A stretch of DNA of 47,572 nucleotides from a virus (lineage: Duplodnaviria; Heunggongvirae; Uroviricota; Caudoviricetes), in the IMG/VR virus record IMGVR_UViG_3300025310_000004, positions 123,759 through 171,330 of that record; one strand, 5' to 3'. Of this stretch, positions 9,119 to 17,932 are shown piece by piece; position 1 is the first letter of the stretch; each line of letters opens with the position of its first letter. The notes under the pieces were generated by a model. The model was not told the DNA's origin and searched no databases. It saw only the letters and a list, made by a program, of their open reading frames with translations. The translations under genes were made by a program, and so were the position numbers.

Positions 9119-9715
9119 ATGGCGAAGGCCAAGTACCTGGCCTGGGTCGATCTTGAGACGACCGGGGTGGACGAGTTCGCAGACCCCATCCTTGAGGTCG
9201 GGCTCGTCATCACCACCGCGGAGCCTCCCTTCGAGGAGTTGGCCTCCTACGAAGCGGTCATCGATCCCAACCCGACCCGGTTCCCAGAGTGGCGTGATCG
9301 GATGAACGATTTCGTCACCAAGATGCACACCACCAACGGCCTGCTCTCCGACATCTCGTCGGCCGCAGCCAAGTCGCCCGAGCGCGTGCAGCAGGAGATG
9401 ATCCTCGCCCTGGCCGGTGTCGGCCGTGAGCACAACTTCATGCTCGCCGGTTCTGGCGTTGGTCACTTCGACCGCCGCTTCCTGCACGTCCAGATGCCCG
9501 AGTTCGAGGGGTGGCTGCAGTACCCGTGCCTCGACGTTGGCGTCATCCGGCGCGCCTTCGACTTCGCTGGTCGCAAGGACCTCGATGCCTTCGGACAGAC
9601 CTTCGAGACGAAGAACGACAAGCCCCACCGTGGGCTGGCTGACGTGCGTGACCACCTCAACGAGTTCCGCGCCTACGCCAACCTGTTCGCCTCGATCCCC
9701 GAGGTGGGTGCTTGA
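9119..9715 (+). CDS. orn: Oligoribonuclease-like DEDDh exonuclease
   Basis: WVDLETTG, ILEVG, MHTTNGL, LAGSGVGHFDRRFL, LDV, HRGLADV; RBS AAAGGAG. Confidence 0.8.
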   Translation: MAKAKYLAWVDLETTGVDEFADPILEVGLVITTAEPPFEELASYEAVIDPNPTRFPEWRDRMNDFVTKMHTTNGLLSDISSAAAKSPERVQQEMILALAGVGREHNFMLAGSGVGHFDRRFLHVQMPEFEGWLQYPCLDVGVIRRAFDFAGRKDLDAFGQTFETKNDKPHRGLADVRDHLNEFRAYANLFASIPEVGA

Positions 9716-9915
9716 TGGCCAAGAAGGAGACACCCAAGTCGAGCGAGTTCACTCGCGAGGAGTGGGTTGAGCGCTTCGAGGACTACTTCGCTGCCAAGCA
9801 CTGCAGCCTGTTCGGTCGCCACATGCCGGTGGCCATGCCCGACGAGCGCCACGAGGCGGCCAAGTGGTACGCGGACCTCATCATGGCAGTCTCAAGCGGC
9901 GACTACGGAGACTGA
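9712..9915 (+). CDS. Hypothetical protein
   Basis: 4-nt overlap with orn-like gene. Confidence 0.5.
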   Translation: MMAKKETPKSSEFTREEWVERFEDYFAAKHCSLFGRHMPVAMPDERHEAAKWYADLIMAVSSGDYGD

Positions 9916-9917
9916 CC

Positions 9918-10133
9918 ATGACGGCAGTGGTGGATGAGGAGCCGGAGCGGGAACGCCCGGAGGGGGCAGTCGAGACGGCCCTCTGGTGCAACCGCTGCAT
10001 GCTCCCATCCGCCTGTCGCTGGCCCGTGGCCGTGCACGCCGCTGGGTCAAACCTCCGAATCGGCAACCTCTCGGTGGTCATCTGCGTGGACTGTGGCTCC
10101 CGACTTGACGACGACGGCAATCCCGTCCACTAG
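9918..10133 (+). CDS. Small zinc-ribbon protein
   Basis: CNRC...CVDCG. Confidence 0.55.
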   Translation: MTAVVDEEPERERPEGAVETALWCNRCMLPSACRWPVAVHAAGSNLRIGNLSVVICVDCGSRLDDDGNPVH

Positions 10134-10172
10134 TCCTGGCCGCTGTAGAGGCGGTTAGATACGATGGTGCCC

Positions 10173-10817
10173 ATGTGGATCGTCGCTCTCGTGGCCCTCC
10201 TTCTTGCGATCGTCGCCGTCGTCTCGGTGATCGCCGTCGTTCATGGCGAACGCAACCATCGCCTGATCGCCAAGGAGGAAGGTCTTGAGCCCCCTCCCGC
10301 AGACTTCACCGACATCGACTTCGATGATGACGACGAGTCGCTCTCTCCCGTGCCTGAGCGCGCCTCGGTCGAGGAGCACGATCTCGTCGCTCAGGAGTTC
10401 ACCGAGACGATCACCAAGACAGTCGAGGTCATCGAGATGGTGGCGACGCCGCTCGATGAGGCAGGGGCTCCATCCGGTGATCCCGTGGTGGTAGTCGAAC
10501 CAGAAGTGGTACCGGAAGCGGAACCGGAACCACGCCGCCACGAGGTCATCATCCCCAAGGAGATGGAGTACCTCACCGAGCCCGACGATGCGCTCGATGG
10601 GTTGGACGCTGCCCTCTTGGAGCACATGACCAAGGCTGTCCCCGACGAGGGACCCGTTGAGGAGATCGTCCTCACGGTTGTCGGCCCCGGCGACGAGACG
10701 CGTGAACACCCCGAGGACCCCGAGGTTGTCGTTCCTGTCGCTGATCCGATCAGGCGACTGCAAGAGGAGGCGGCCGGGAAGGCCCCCACCGAGTGGAAGC
10801 GGTGGAACAAGCCGTGA
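10173..10817 (+). CDS. Membrane-anchored acidic protein
   Basis: N-terminal hydrophobic helix, Asp/Glu/Pro-rich tail; ATG 7 nt after TACGAT. Confidence 0.65.
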   Translation: MWIVALVALLLAIVAVVSVIAVVHGERNHRLIAKEEGLEPPPADFTDIDFDDDDESLSPVPERASVEEHDLVAQEFTETITKTVEVIEMVATPLDEAGAPSGDPVVVVEPEVVPEAEPEPRRHEVIIPKEMEYLTEPDDALDGLDAALLEHMTKAVPDEGPVEEIVLTVVGPGDETREHPEDPEVVVPVADPIRRLQEEAAGKAPTEWKRWNKP

Positions 10818-11338
10818 GCGACATCAAACCAATGACGTGCCGAACCTGCGGAACGGAATTCGTGGGGGCTCACCCCAATGCGAGGTTCTGTTCCGGTGGA
10901 TGCAAGAGCGCGGCTAGGCGACAGGCCGCTCACCGATGGCGAGAAGCGAATCGCTCATTGGCGAACGAGCGCACGGCCAGGTGGTATGAGGCCAATCTAG
11001 AACGCGAGCGCGAGAAGGGACGTTCTTACTACCGCAAGAATTACACCCAGACCAAGCGGATGCAGATGCACGGTATGGAACCCGTACAGTTTGGCCTGCT
11101 CTGGGACGGTCAGGGAGGTAGGTGCGCTATCTGTGATCGGGCATTCGGGGCGGTGGCAGATGCCCACATCGACCATGATCACACCTGTTGTGATCGCACC
11201 ACTTCTTGCGGCAACTGCGTCCGGGGGCTCCTATGCAGGCGATGCAACCTGGCTCTGGGCCTCCTGGGCGATTCGCCTCAGGTTGCGGCATTGGCGGCTA
11301 ACTACCTTATGGAAACAAGGCTGGTCCCGCATGAGTAA
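10814..11338 (+). CDS. Endonuclease VII-family nuclease, probably a free-standing homing endonuclease
   Basis: QGGRCAIC..HIDHDH.CC...CG.CVRGLLC..CN.ALG; N-terminal CxxC/FCxxxC zinc module; AT-richer codons than neighbours. Confidence 0.85.
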   Translation: MSDIKPMTCRTCGTEFVGAHPNARFCSGGCKSAARRQAAHRWREANRSLANERTARWYEANLEREREKGRSYYRKNYTQTKRMQMHGMEPVQFGLLWDGQGGRCAICDRAFGAVADAHIDHDHTCCDRTTSCGNCVRGLLCRRCNLALGLLGDSPQVAALAANYLMETRLVPHE

Positions 11339-12125
11339 GCACAACATTGTCGAGGGGCTCCGGCCCCTGATGTCTCCGATCGAGAACGTCATCCACCTTC
11401 CGGGGAACGCCCGTCGAGGGGATGTCGAGGCCATCAGCAAGTCACTGAATCGTTTTGGCCAACACAAGCCCATCGTGGTGCGTCGTACGGGGGTGGATGA
11501 GCGGGGGTTGCCTGTTGGTGAAATCCTGATTGGCAACCACACCACCATGGCGGCCCGGAGACTGGGGTGGGATTCGATCGCCGTGGTATGGGTCGATGAA
11601 AGCATGGATGTGGCCAAGGCGCGGGCACTTGCCGACAACCGCACCGCCGAGTTGGGCACCTACGACGACGACGCCCTAGCCGCGATGATCGCCGATGTCC
11701 TAGAGGCCGACGAGGCGCTCCTAGAGGACGCGTCCTACACCCTGGACGACCTAGAGGCGCTCCTGGGGGAGACGGCTGCTCCCGCCGACCTCGATGGCGA
11801 CGAGGACGACGAAGAAGAACAGCCCCCCGGCCCCAATCCGCTAGCCGATCGCAAGCGAGCCGAGGCACCAGCCACTCGCCATGCCACCTTGTCGCTGTTC
11901 GACCGCTTCTTGGTCCCACCATTCACCGTGCTCAACGCACGAGAGGGTTGGTGGCAGGAGCGCAAGAACACCTGGATCGATCTCGGCCTAGAGGGCGAGT
12001 TGGGGCGCGACGACAAGCCGCGCACTTGGTTCCTGGCTGCCCCCCAGCATCACCACCACCCTGATCGCCCGTTCGTGCCCTACGGCGCAGCCGATGAGCG
12101 CAAGCGAGAGGACGACGATGACTGA
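11331..12125 (+). CDS. ParB-like protein carrying the N-terminal segment of the phage methyltransferase family
   Basis: NARRGDVEAI..SL.RFGQ.KPIVV..GNHT..AA..LGW..ALADNRT; C-terminal FDRFLVPPFTVLNAREGWWQERK motif. Confidence 0.8.
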   Translation: MSKHNIVEGLRPLMSPIENVIHLPGNARRGDVEAISKSLNRFGQHKPIVVRRTGVDERGLPVGEILIGNHTTMAARRLGWDSIAVVWVDESMDVAKARALADNRTAELGTYDDDALAAMIADVLEADEALLEDASYTLDDLEALLGETAAPADLDGDEDDEEEQPPGPNPLADRKRAEAPATRHATLSLFDRFLVPPFTVLNAREGWWQERKNTWIDLGLEGELGRDDKPRTWFLAAPQHHHHPDRPFVPYGAADERKREDDDD

Positions 12126-13689
12126 CGTTGCCCCCGAGGCCACCGAACCCGACCTCCTCTACGGCGATGGCGCCACCTCGATCTTCGATCCGGTCCTATG
12201 CGAGATCGCGTATCGCTGGTTCTGCCCACCCAAGGGCCTGATCCTCGACCCCTTCGCTGGTGGATCAGTGCGTGGCATCGTGGCCGCCAAGTTGGGCAGG
12301 CGATATATCGGAATCGATATTCGCAAGGTGCAGATCGACGCCAACTACCAGCAAGCCAAGGACCTTCTCACGGATGGGCTGGGGATCGTTCCTGACACCC
12401 CGGACGATGACATGCCGGAGATGACCCCGGTTGAGTTCATGGCCGAGCGCGGCATCTGGCTCAAGCGCGAGGACAAGTACGTCTACGCCGGGGTGCGTGG
12501 TGCGAAGGTTCGCACCTGCATGCACTTCGTCGCCGAAGCCAAGCAGCGTGGCGTTGGCGTCGTGACGGCCGGAAGTCGGATGTCGCCCCAGGTCAACTTC
12601 GTTGCCCAGATCGCCTATCAGATGGGCGTGAAGTGCTCGGTGCACGTTCCCTCCGGGCCACTGACTCCCGAGTTGATCGCCGCTCGGGCTGCAGGGGCCA
12701 AGATCACCCAGCACGACTACGGGTACAACTCGGTCATCATCGCCAGGGCACGCGAGGACGCCGAGCAGCGCGGCTGGATCGAGATTCCCTACGGCATGGA
12801 ATCCCAAGAGGCGGTGGACTACACCAAGCCCCAGGTGGCGAACATCCCCGCCGAGGCCAAGAGGCTGGTCAACGCCTGCGGATCGGGCATGACGCTCGCT
12901 GGCATCTTGTGGGGGCTCAAGGAGTCTGGCCGAGAACTCCCCGTCACTGCCGTGTGCGTGGGCAATGTCCCCGAGGAGCGCCTTGATCGCTGGGCTCCAC
13001 CAGAGTGGCGCGAGATGGTCGAGATCATCGATGAGGAGTCCGACTACCACGTTGCGGCGACTCGTACTGATCTCGACGGCGTGTTGGTGGATGCCTACTA
13101 CGAGGCCAAGTGCATCCCCTATCTCCGTGAGGGCGACTGCCTCTGGATCAGCGCCATCCGCCCCTCTGCCGTGCCAGCCATCGCTCCCGATCCAGTCTGG
13201 ATCGAAGGTGACGGCAAGGACGTGATGGACCTCGTTGACGAGCGGGCCGACATGATCTTCACCTGCCCCCCGTATGGGGACTTGGAGGTCTACAGCGACG
13301 ACCCGAGGGACCTGTCCAACATGGACTACCCGGAGTTCATCGCTGCCTTCGAGGAGATCATGTGCAACTCGGCCAAGCGCCTTGCCGATGATCGGTTCGC
13401 CGTCGTGGTGGTCGGGGACTTCCGCGACAAGGACGGCTACTACTACGGCTTCCCCGCCGACACCGTGAAGATCATGGAGCGGGCTGGCCTGAGGCTCTAC
13501 AACGAGGCTGTGTTGGTGACCCACGCAGCCAGCCTTCCCCTGCGTGCTGGGCGTCAGTTCGACGCGACTCGCAAGATGGGCAAGACCCACCAGAACGTGC
13601 TCTGCTTCGTCAAGGGCGACCCCCGTAAAGCCACGCGCGCATGTGGGCCTGTGATCGCCATGGACACCTCGGAAGGACCGGGCGAATGA
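12118..13689 (+). CDS. Amino-DNA-methyltransferase-like protein with an inserted PLP-dependent (fold type II, ACC deaminase/D-cysteine desulfhydrase-like) domain
   Basis: TSIFDPVLCE, DPFAGGS (SAM motif, 12247-12264), insert about 12421-13160 (TPVE..WLKREDK..GAKVR; ACGSGMTLAG; DAYYEAK), then W..GD, FTCPPY (13258-13275), KTHQNVL.F.KG. Confidence 0.85.
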   Translation: MTDVAPEATEPDLLYGDGATSIFDPVLCEIAYRWFCPPKGLILDPFAGGSVRGIVAAKLGRRYIGIDIRKVQIDANYQQAKDLLTDGLGIVPDTPDDDMPEMTPVEFMAERGIWLKREDKYVYAGVRGAKVRTCMHFVAEAKQRGVGVVTAGSRMSPQVNFVAQIAYQMGVKCSVHVPSGPLTPELIAARAAGAKITQHDYGYNSVIIARAREDAEQRGWIEIPYGMESQEAVDYTKPQVANIPAEAKRLVNACGSGMTLAGILWGLKESGRELPVTAVCVGNVPEERLDRWAPPEWREMVEIIDEESDYHVAATRTDLDGVLVDAYYEAKCIPYLREGDCLWISAIRPSAVPAIAPDPVWIEGDGKDVMDLVDERADMIFTCPPYGDLEVYSDDPRDLSNMDYPEFIAAFEEIMCNSAKRLADDRFAVVVVGDFRDKDGYYYGFPADTVKIMERAGLRLYNEAVLVTHAASLPLRAGRQFDATRKMGKTHQNVLCFVKGDPRKATRACGPVIAMDTSEGPGE

Positions 13690-14480
13690 ACTCCCTACTC
13701 AACGAGATCACGACAGTCTCGATCGATCTCATCGAGCCGCACCCCGAGAACCCACGCATCGGCGACATCGAGGCGATCAAGAAGTCGCTCAAGGCGAACA
13801 AGCAGTTCCAGCCCATCTTGGTGCAGGAGTCGTCTGGCTTCATCATCGCGGGCAACCACACCTACAAGGCAGCCGTCGAGTTGGGTTGGACCGAGGTCGA
13901 TGTCGCCTACATCGATGTCGATGACGCCAAGGCCAAGGCCATCATGTTGGCCGCCAACAAGACTGCCGACCTCGGCTCCTACGACGAGCGGCTTCTTGCT
14001 CAGTTGATCTCCGACATCACCTTCGAGGAGGAGGCTCTCCTAGAGGGCACCGGCTACTCCTCGGATGAGATCGATGACTTGCTCGCTGCCTCCATGGTTG
14101 ACATCCCCCTAGAGGAGCCAGGCGAGGGAGTGGATGTGGCGGCTGCGATGCTCGATCGCATCATGCCCACCGACGACGATGAGGACTACGACGACATCGA
14201 TGATGAGTCCGACGATCTCATCGACAGCATCGAAGGGGCATCCACCCCGGCCCCCATCACCAACACGGTGGGCGAGACGGCTGTTGAGTTCGTGATCTTC
14301 CGCTTCGGTGAGTTGCGGGCCAAGGTCCCTCGCCAGACCTACGAGCGGTTCATCAAGGGCTTCCTCAAGGAGCATCGCAACGACTTGGCCCTCGCCGGGG
14401 TAGCGGCGGCCATCAAGTTGGGCCTCGACTCCGAGAACGTCGAACCCGCCGTGGCCCAGGGGGCCGAACGCTGGCTTTGA
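13686..14480 (+). CDS. Second ParB-like protein
   Basis: HPENPRIGDIEAIKKSL..QFQPILV..IIAGNHTYKAA.ELGW..AANKTAD. Confidence 0.8.
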   Translation: MNSLLNEITTVSIDLIEPHPENPRIGDIEAIKKSLKANKQFQPILVQESSGFIIAGNHTYKAAVELGWTEVDVAYIDVDDAKAKAIMLAANKTADLGSYDERLLAQLISDITFEEEALLEGTGYSSDEIDDLLAASMVDIPLEEPGEGVDVAAAMLDRIMPTDDDEDYDDIDDESDDLIDSIEGASTPAPITNTVGETAVEFVIFRFGELRAKVPRQTYERFIKGFLKEHRNDLALAGVAAAIKLGLDSENVEPAVAQGAERWL

Positions 14481-14502
14481 TGTCGCGCCCATGCCGTACC
14501 AT
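14481..14502 (+). promoter_or_regulatory. Box-N8-(-10) phage promoter
   Basis: TGTCGCGC ccatgccg TACCAT. Confidence 0.65.
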
Positions 14503-14508
14503 GGGGTG

Positions 14509-15015
14509 ATGGATGGCGACCTGACCCCAGACCCGCATCAGGCGGAGATTCTTGAGGCTCTACTCGAAGCCGCCATGAAGGGCGACGCCGAGGAGTACGA
14601 CATCTTCCGTCGGGAGTGGGAGAGGTCGGACCCCATCGACTCCGAGGGCTGGCACATGCGCTTCTCTGAGAAGTCGCCCATCCCCTACACCGCGGTCGGG
14701 TTCTGCTACCACTGCCAGTCTCAGTGGGTAGTCTCTGGCGTCGCCTTCGGCCAGATGGTTCCTGGGCTGTCCCTCATGATCCACGTCACCGGGGAATGCC
14801 CCGAGATGGACGACTGCAACTGCTGGGTCGATGACACCGAGGGCGAGGATCGCCCCTTCGGCTACGCCCGTTGCCAGCGCTGCGACCGCGCCGAGCCGAT
14901 CTGCGAGTGCGATGGTGGCGTCGCCTACGGCCCGTGCGCCCTGTTCGAGCGTCACGAGCGAGAGAACGGGTTCGATTGGCACGAGCACACCGGAGATGTC
15001 TCACCCCCCGAGTAG
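14509..15015 (+). CDS. Cys-rich hypothetical protein, probably leaderless
   Basis: In-frame ATG 6 nt after -10 of promoter 14481; several CxxC. Confidence 0.55.
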   Translation: MDGDLTPDPHQAEILEALLEAAMKGDAEEYDIFRREWERSDPIDSEGWHMRFSEKSPIPYTAVGFCYHCQSQWVVSGVAFGQMVPGLSLMIHVTGECPEMDDCNCWVDDTEGEDRPFGYARCQRCDRAEPICECDGGVAYGPCALFERHERENGFDWHEHTGDVSPPE

Positions 15016-15018
15016 TCT
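14997..15018 (+). promoter_or_regulatory. Box-N8-(-10) phage promoter (helicase, distal)
   Basis: TGTCTCAC cccccgag TAGTCT. Confidence 0.65.
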
Positions 15019-15037
15019 GTAGATCACACTCGACATG

Positions 15038-15059
15038 TGTCACAGAGACGTGATACTAT
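15038..15059 (+). promoter_or_regulatory. Box-N8-(-10) phage promoter (helicase, proximal)
   Basis: TGTCACAG agacgtga TACTAT. Confidence 0.75.
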
Positions 15060-15085
15060 GTCTGCAGACGAAGGGAGGTGCCTAC

Positions 15086-17932
15086 ATGAGCCAGATGTCC
15101 ATGGATTTGTTCGATTCCGAGCCGGAGCCGTCGGCCACGCCGACCCCGGTCGCCTCTGGAACGATCTCGCTGCGTCCTTACCAGGAGGAGGCGCTGGCAC
15201 ACATCGAGGAGGGGCGCCAGAGGGGCGTCCGCAAGCAACTCGGAGTTGCTGCTACGGGGCTGGGGAAAGGTTTGATGGTTGGGACCGAAGTTCTCAAGTC
15301 GGATGGCTCTTGGTGTCCGGTCGAGAATCTTGAGGTGGGCGACTTCGTGGTGGGGGTGGATGGTCAACCGACGAAGATCGAAGGGGTGTTTCCCCGAGGG
15401 GAACAGCCCTGCTTTGAGGTGACCACCGACGATGGAGCCTCTGTGGTGGTGGACGCAGACCATCTTTGGACGGTTGCCACCGATTCTGACATCACCCGCG
15501 GGCTCCCCTGGCGCACTCTGGAAACGGCCGACCTCTACTCTCGTGGCATCACCTCCCCTGAGGGGCGACGCCGATGGAGGCTTCCCGTTGTTGCACCCAT
15601 CGAATTTGATGCTCAACCGGAACTCCCGATCGATCCGTACATCCTCGGCGTCATCTTGGGGGACGGCTCCATCACCCAAGCCACCGTTGAGTTCTGTCCG
15701 GGGGACGCTTGGATCGCTGACAAGGTGGAGACCTTGTTGCCTGAGGGGTTCTCCCTGAGGCCCATCACCTCAGCAGATCGCGCCACCTCTTATCACATCA
15801 AGGACTCCGGTTCCTCTCGGGCGACACCCAACCGCATGAAGGGTGCCCTTGCCGATCTGGGTCTCTGGGGTCTCGGTTCGCTTGAGAAGTTCGTCCCCGA
15901 TGCCTACCTGACCGCCTCTGTCGCGGACCGTAGGGCACTGTTGGCTGGGTTGATGGATTGTGACGGGTGGGCTGGCAAGTCCACAGTGCAGTTCACCACG
16001 TCGTCGCCACGCCTGGCATCTGACGTGAAGCGACTCGCCGAGTCTCTCGGGACCATTGTCCGCGTTGGCAGCAAAATCCCCACCTACACCTACGGGGACG
16101 AGAAACTGCGGGGGGCGCGCGCCTACGCCGTGAATCTTCGTGGAGGTGGATGCCCCTTCACGCTGCCCCGCAAGGTAGATGCATGGGCGCAGACCAAGCG
16201 GCTCGGCGCTACCCGCAAGATCGAATCCATCGTGCCGGTGGGGCCACGAGAGACGGTGTGTATCAAGGTGTCGGCCGACGATGGCCTGTTCGTCACCGAG
16301 CATCACATCGTCACTCACAACACCATCATGTTCTCCGCCCTGGCGCAGCGCATGAACGTTCCCACCCTGGTGCTCGCTCATCGTGATGAGTTGATCTCCC
16401 AGGCCGCCGACAAGATGCGCCAGGTCTGGCCTGGCGCCGACATCGGCGTGGTCAAGGCAGAGCGCAACGAGATCGATCATCAGGTCGTCGTGGCGAGCGT
16501 CCAGACGCTTGCCCGTTCCAGCCGCCGCGATCAGATTCCCGCCGACAAGTTCGGGCTGGTGATCATCGATGAGGCACACCACGCCAAGGCAGTGTCCTAC
16601 ACCAACATCATCGAGCACCTGAATGCTGGCGATGAGGACGGCCCGCTCCTGGTCGGCGTGACAGCCACGCCAGACCGCGGCGACGGCAAGGGCCTGGTGG
16701 ATGTGTTCGATGAGATCACCTTCACCTACGACATGCTGTGGGGCATCCGCTCCGGCTACCTGAGTGACCTGCGTGGCCTGCGCGTCCACCTCGATGCCGA
16801 CTTCTCCAAGGTCAAGATTCGCAAGGGCGACTACGACGCTGGCCAGGCCGGGCAGATGCTCGAAGATGCAGACGCCCCCTCCCTGATCGCCGACGCGTGG
16901 ATCAAGTACGCGCAGGACCGCAAGACCCTGGTGTTCACCCCCACGGTTGCCACTGCAGAGATGGTCACCGCCGAGTTGGTTGGCCGGGGCGTGAGTGCAT
17001 CGATGGTGTCCGGCGAGACTCCCATCGATGAGCGACGAGACATCCTCGCTCGCTACGCCAAGGGTGAGATCAGGGTCATCGCCAACTGCGCCGTTCTCAC
17101 CGAGGGTTTCGATGACCCCGGCACCTCGTGCATCGTGGTTGCTCGACCCACGCAGTCACGGGCTCTCTACACCCAGATGATCGGGCGCGGCACTCGCCGC
17201 CACCCCGACAAGCATGACTGCCTCGTCATCGATGTCGTTGGCGCATCGGCCAACCATTCGCTGGTGACCATCCCGTCGCTGTTTGGCATCAAGAAGGAGA
17301 ACCCCTTCGAGAACGCCGAGCGCACCGTGGCCGAGGCCATGGATGAGCAGGTCGAGGACGAGATCAAGCGCGGTGAACTCAAGGCCACCGAGGCTGACCT
17401 GTTCCGCAAGGTTCTCGACTCCCCCATCGCCTGGGTGCACTACAGCAACCGCATGTCTCAGACCTGCTACCTGTGCGGCCTTGGTGACAAGGAAGTCGGC
17501 TCCGTTGTCATCGAGCCCATCCCCTACGACGTGAGTCAGCCAGCGGAAGCGCCGACTCGCTACCACTGCTTCCAGCAGTGGGAGGACAACTTCGTTCCGG
17601 TAGGCCAGCCTGGCATCACCATGCGTCCTGATGGCTCTGGCTTCCGCACCCTGATCACCAACGTGGACCTTGAGATGGCTCAGGGTGTGGGTGAGGACTT
17701 CATCCGCAAGAACGGTGCTGCGGCACTCACAGATCGCAACGCCGCATGGCGCAAGGCGAAGCCTTCCCAGAAGCAGTTGGATTTCGCTGAGAACTTGGGC
17801 ATCGTTGTCGATCCTTCGTGGGACAAGGGGCAGGTCAGTGATGCCATCAGCGCCAAGAAGGAAGCCATCAATGACCGTCGCCGCAATCGCCCCGCATGGG
17901 CGAAGAACAAGGGAAGGAACAACCGTCGATGA
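15086..17932 (+). CDS. Superfamily 2 (DEAH/Res-like) helicase with intein
   Basis: LRPYQ, Walker A ATGLGK|T, IIDEAHH, TATP, LTEGFD, QMIGRGTR. Confidence 0.92.
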   Translation: MSQMSMDLFDSEPEPSATPTPVASGTISLRPYQEEALAHIEEGRQRGVRKQLGVAATGLGKGLMVGTEVLKSDGSWCPVENLEVGDFVVGVDGQPTKIEGVFPRGEQPCFEVTTDDGASVVVDADHLWTVATDSDITRGLPWRTLETADLYSRGITSPEGRRRWRLPVVAPIEFDAQPELPIDPYILGVILGDGSITQATVEFCPGDAWIADKVETLLPEGFSLRPITSADRATSYHIKDSGSSRATPNRMKGALADLGLWGLGSLEKFVPDAYLTASVADRRALLAGLMDCDGWAGKSTVQFTTSSPRLASDVKRLAESLGTIVRVGSKIPTYTYGDEKLRGARAYAVNLRGGGCPFTLPRKVDAWAQTKRLGATRKIESIVPVGPRETVCIKVSADDGLFVTEHHIVTHNTIMFSALAQRMNVPTLVLAHRDELISQAADKMRQVWPGADIGVVKAERNEIDHQVVVASVQTLARSSRRDQIPADKFGLVIIDEAHHAKAVSYTNIIEHLNAGDEDGPLLVGVTATPDRGDGKGLVDVFDEITFTYDMLWGIRSGYLSDLRGLRVHLDADFSKVKIRKGDYDAGQAGQMLEDADAPSLIADAWIKYAQDRKTLVFTPTVATAEMVTAELVGRGVSASMVSGETPIDERRDILARYAKGEIRVIANCAVLTEGFDDPGTSCIVVARPTQSRALYTQMIGRGTRRHPDKHDCLVIDVVGASANHSLVTIPSLFGIKKENPFENAERTVAEAMDEQVEDEIKRGELKATEADLFRKVLDSPIAWVHYSNRMSQTCYLCGLGDKEVGSVVIEPIPYDVSQPAEAPTRYHCFQQWEDNFVPVGQPGITMRPDGSGFRTLITNVDLEMAQGVGEDFIRKNGAAALTDRNAAWRKAKPSQKQLDFAENLGIVVDPSWDKGQVSDAISAKKEAINDRRRNRPAWAKNKGRNNRR
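15269..16321 (+). mobile_element. Class 3 intein with LAGLIDADG endonuclease in helicase Walker A (351 aa, starts with Gly)
   Basis: Removal restores GKT; DADHLW (block B Trp), TVCIKV (block F Cys), VTHN|T; LGDG and LAGLMDCDG motifs. Confidence 0.88.
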
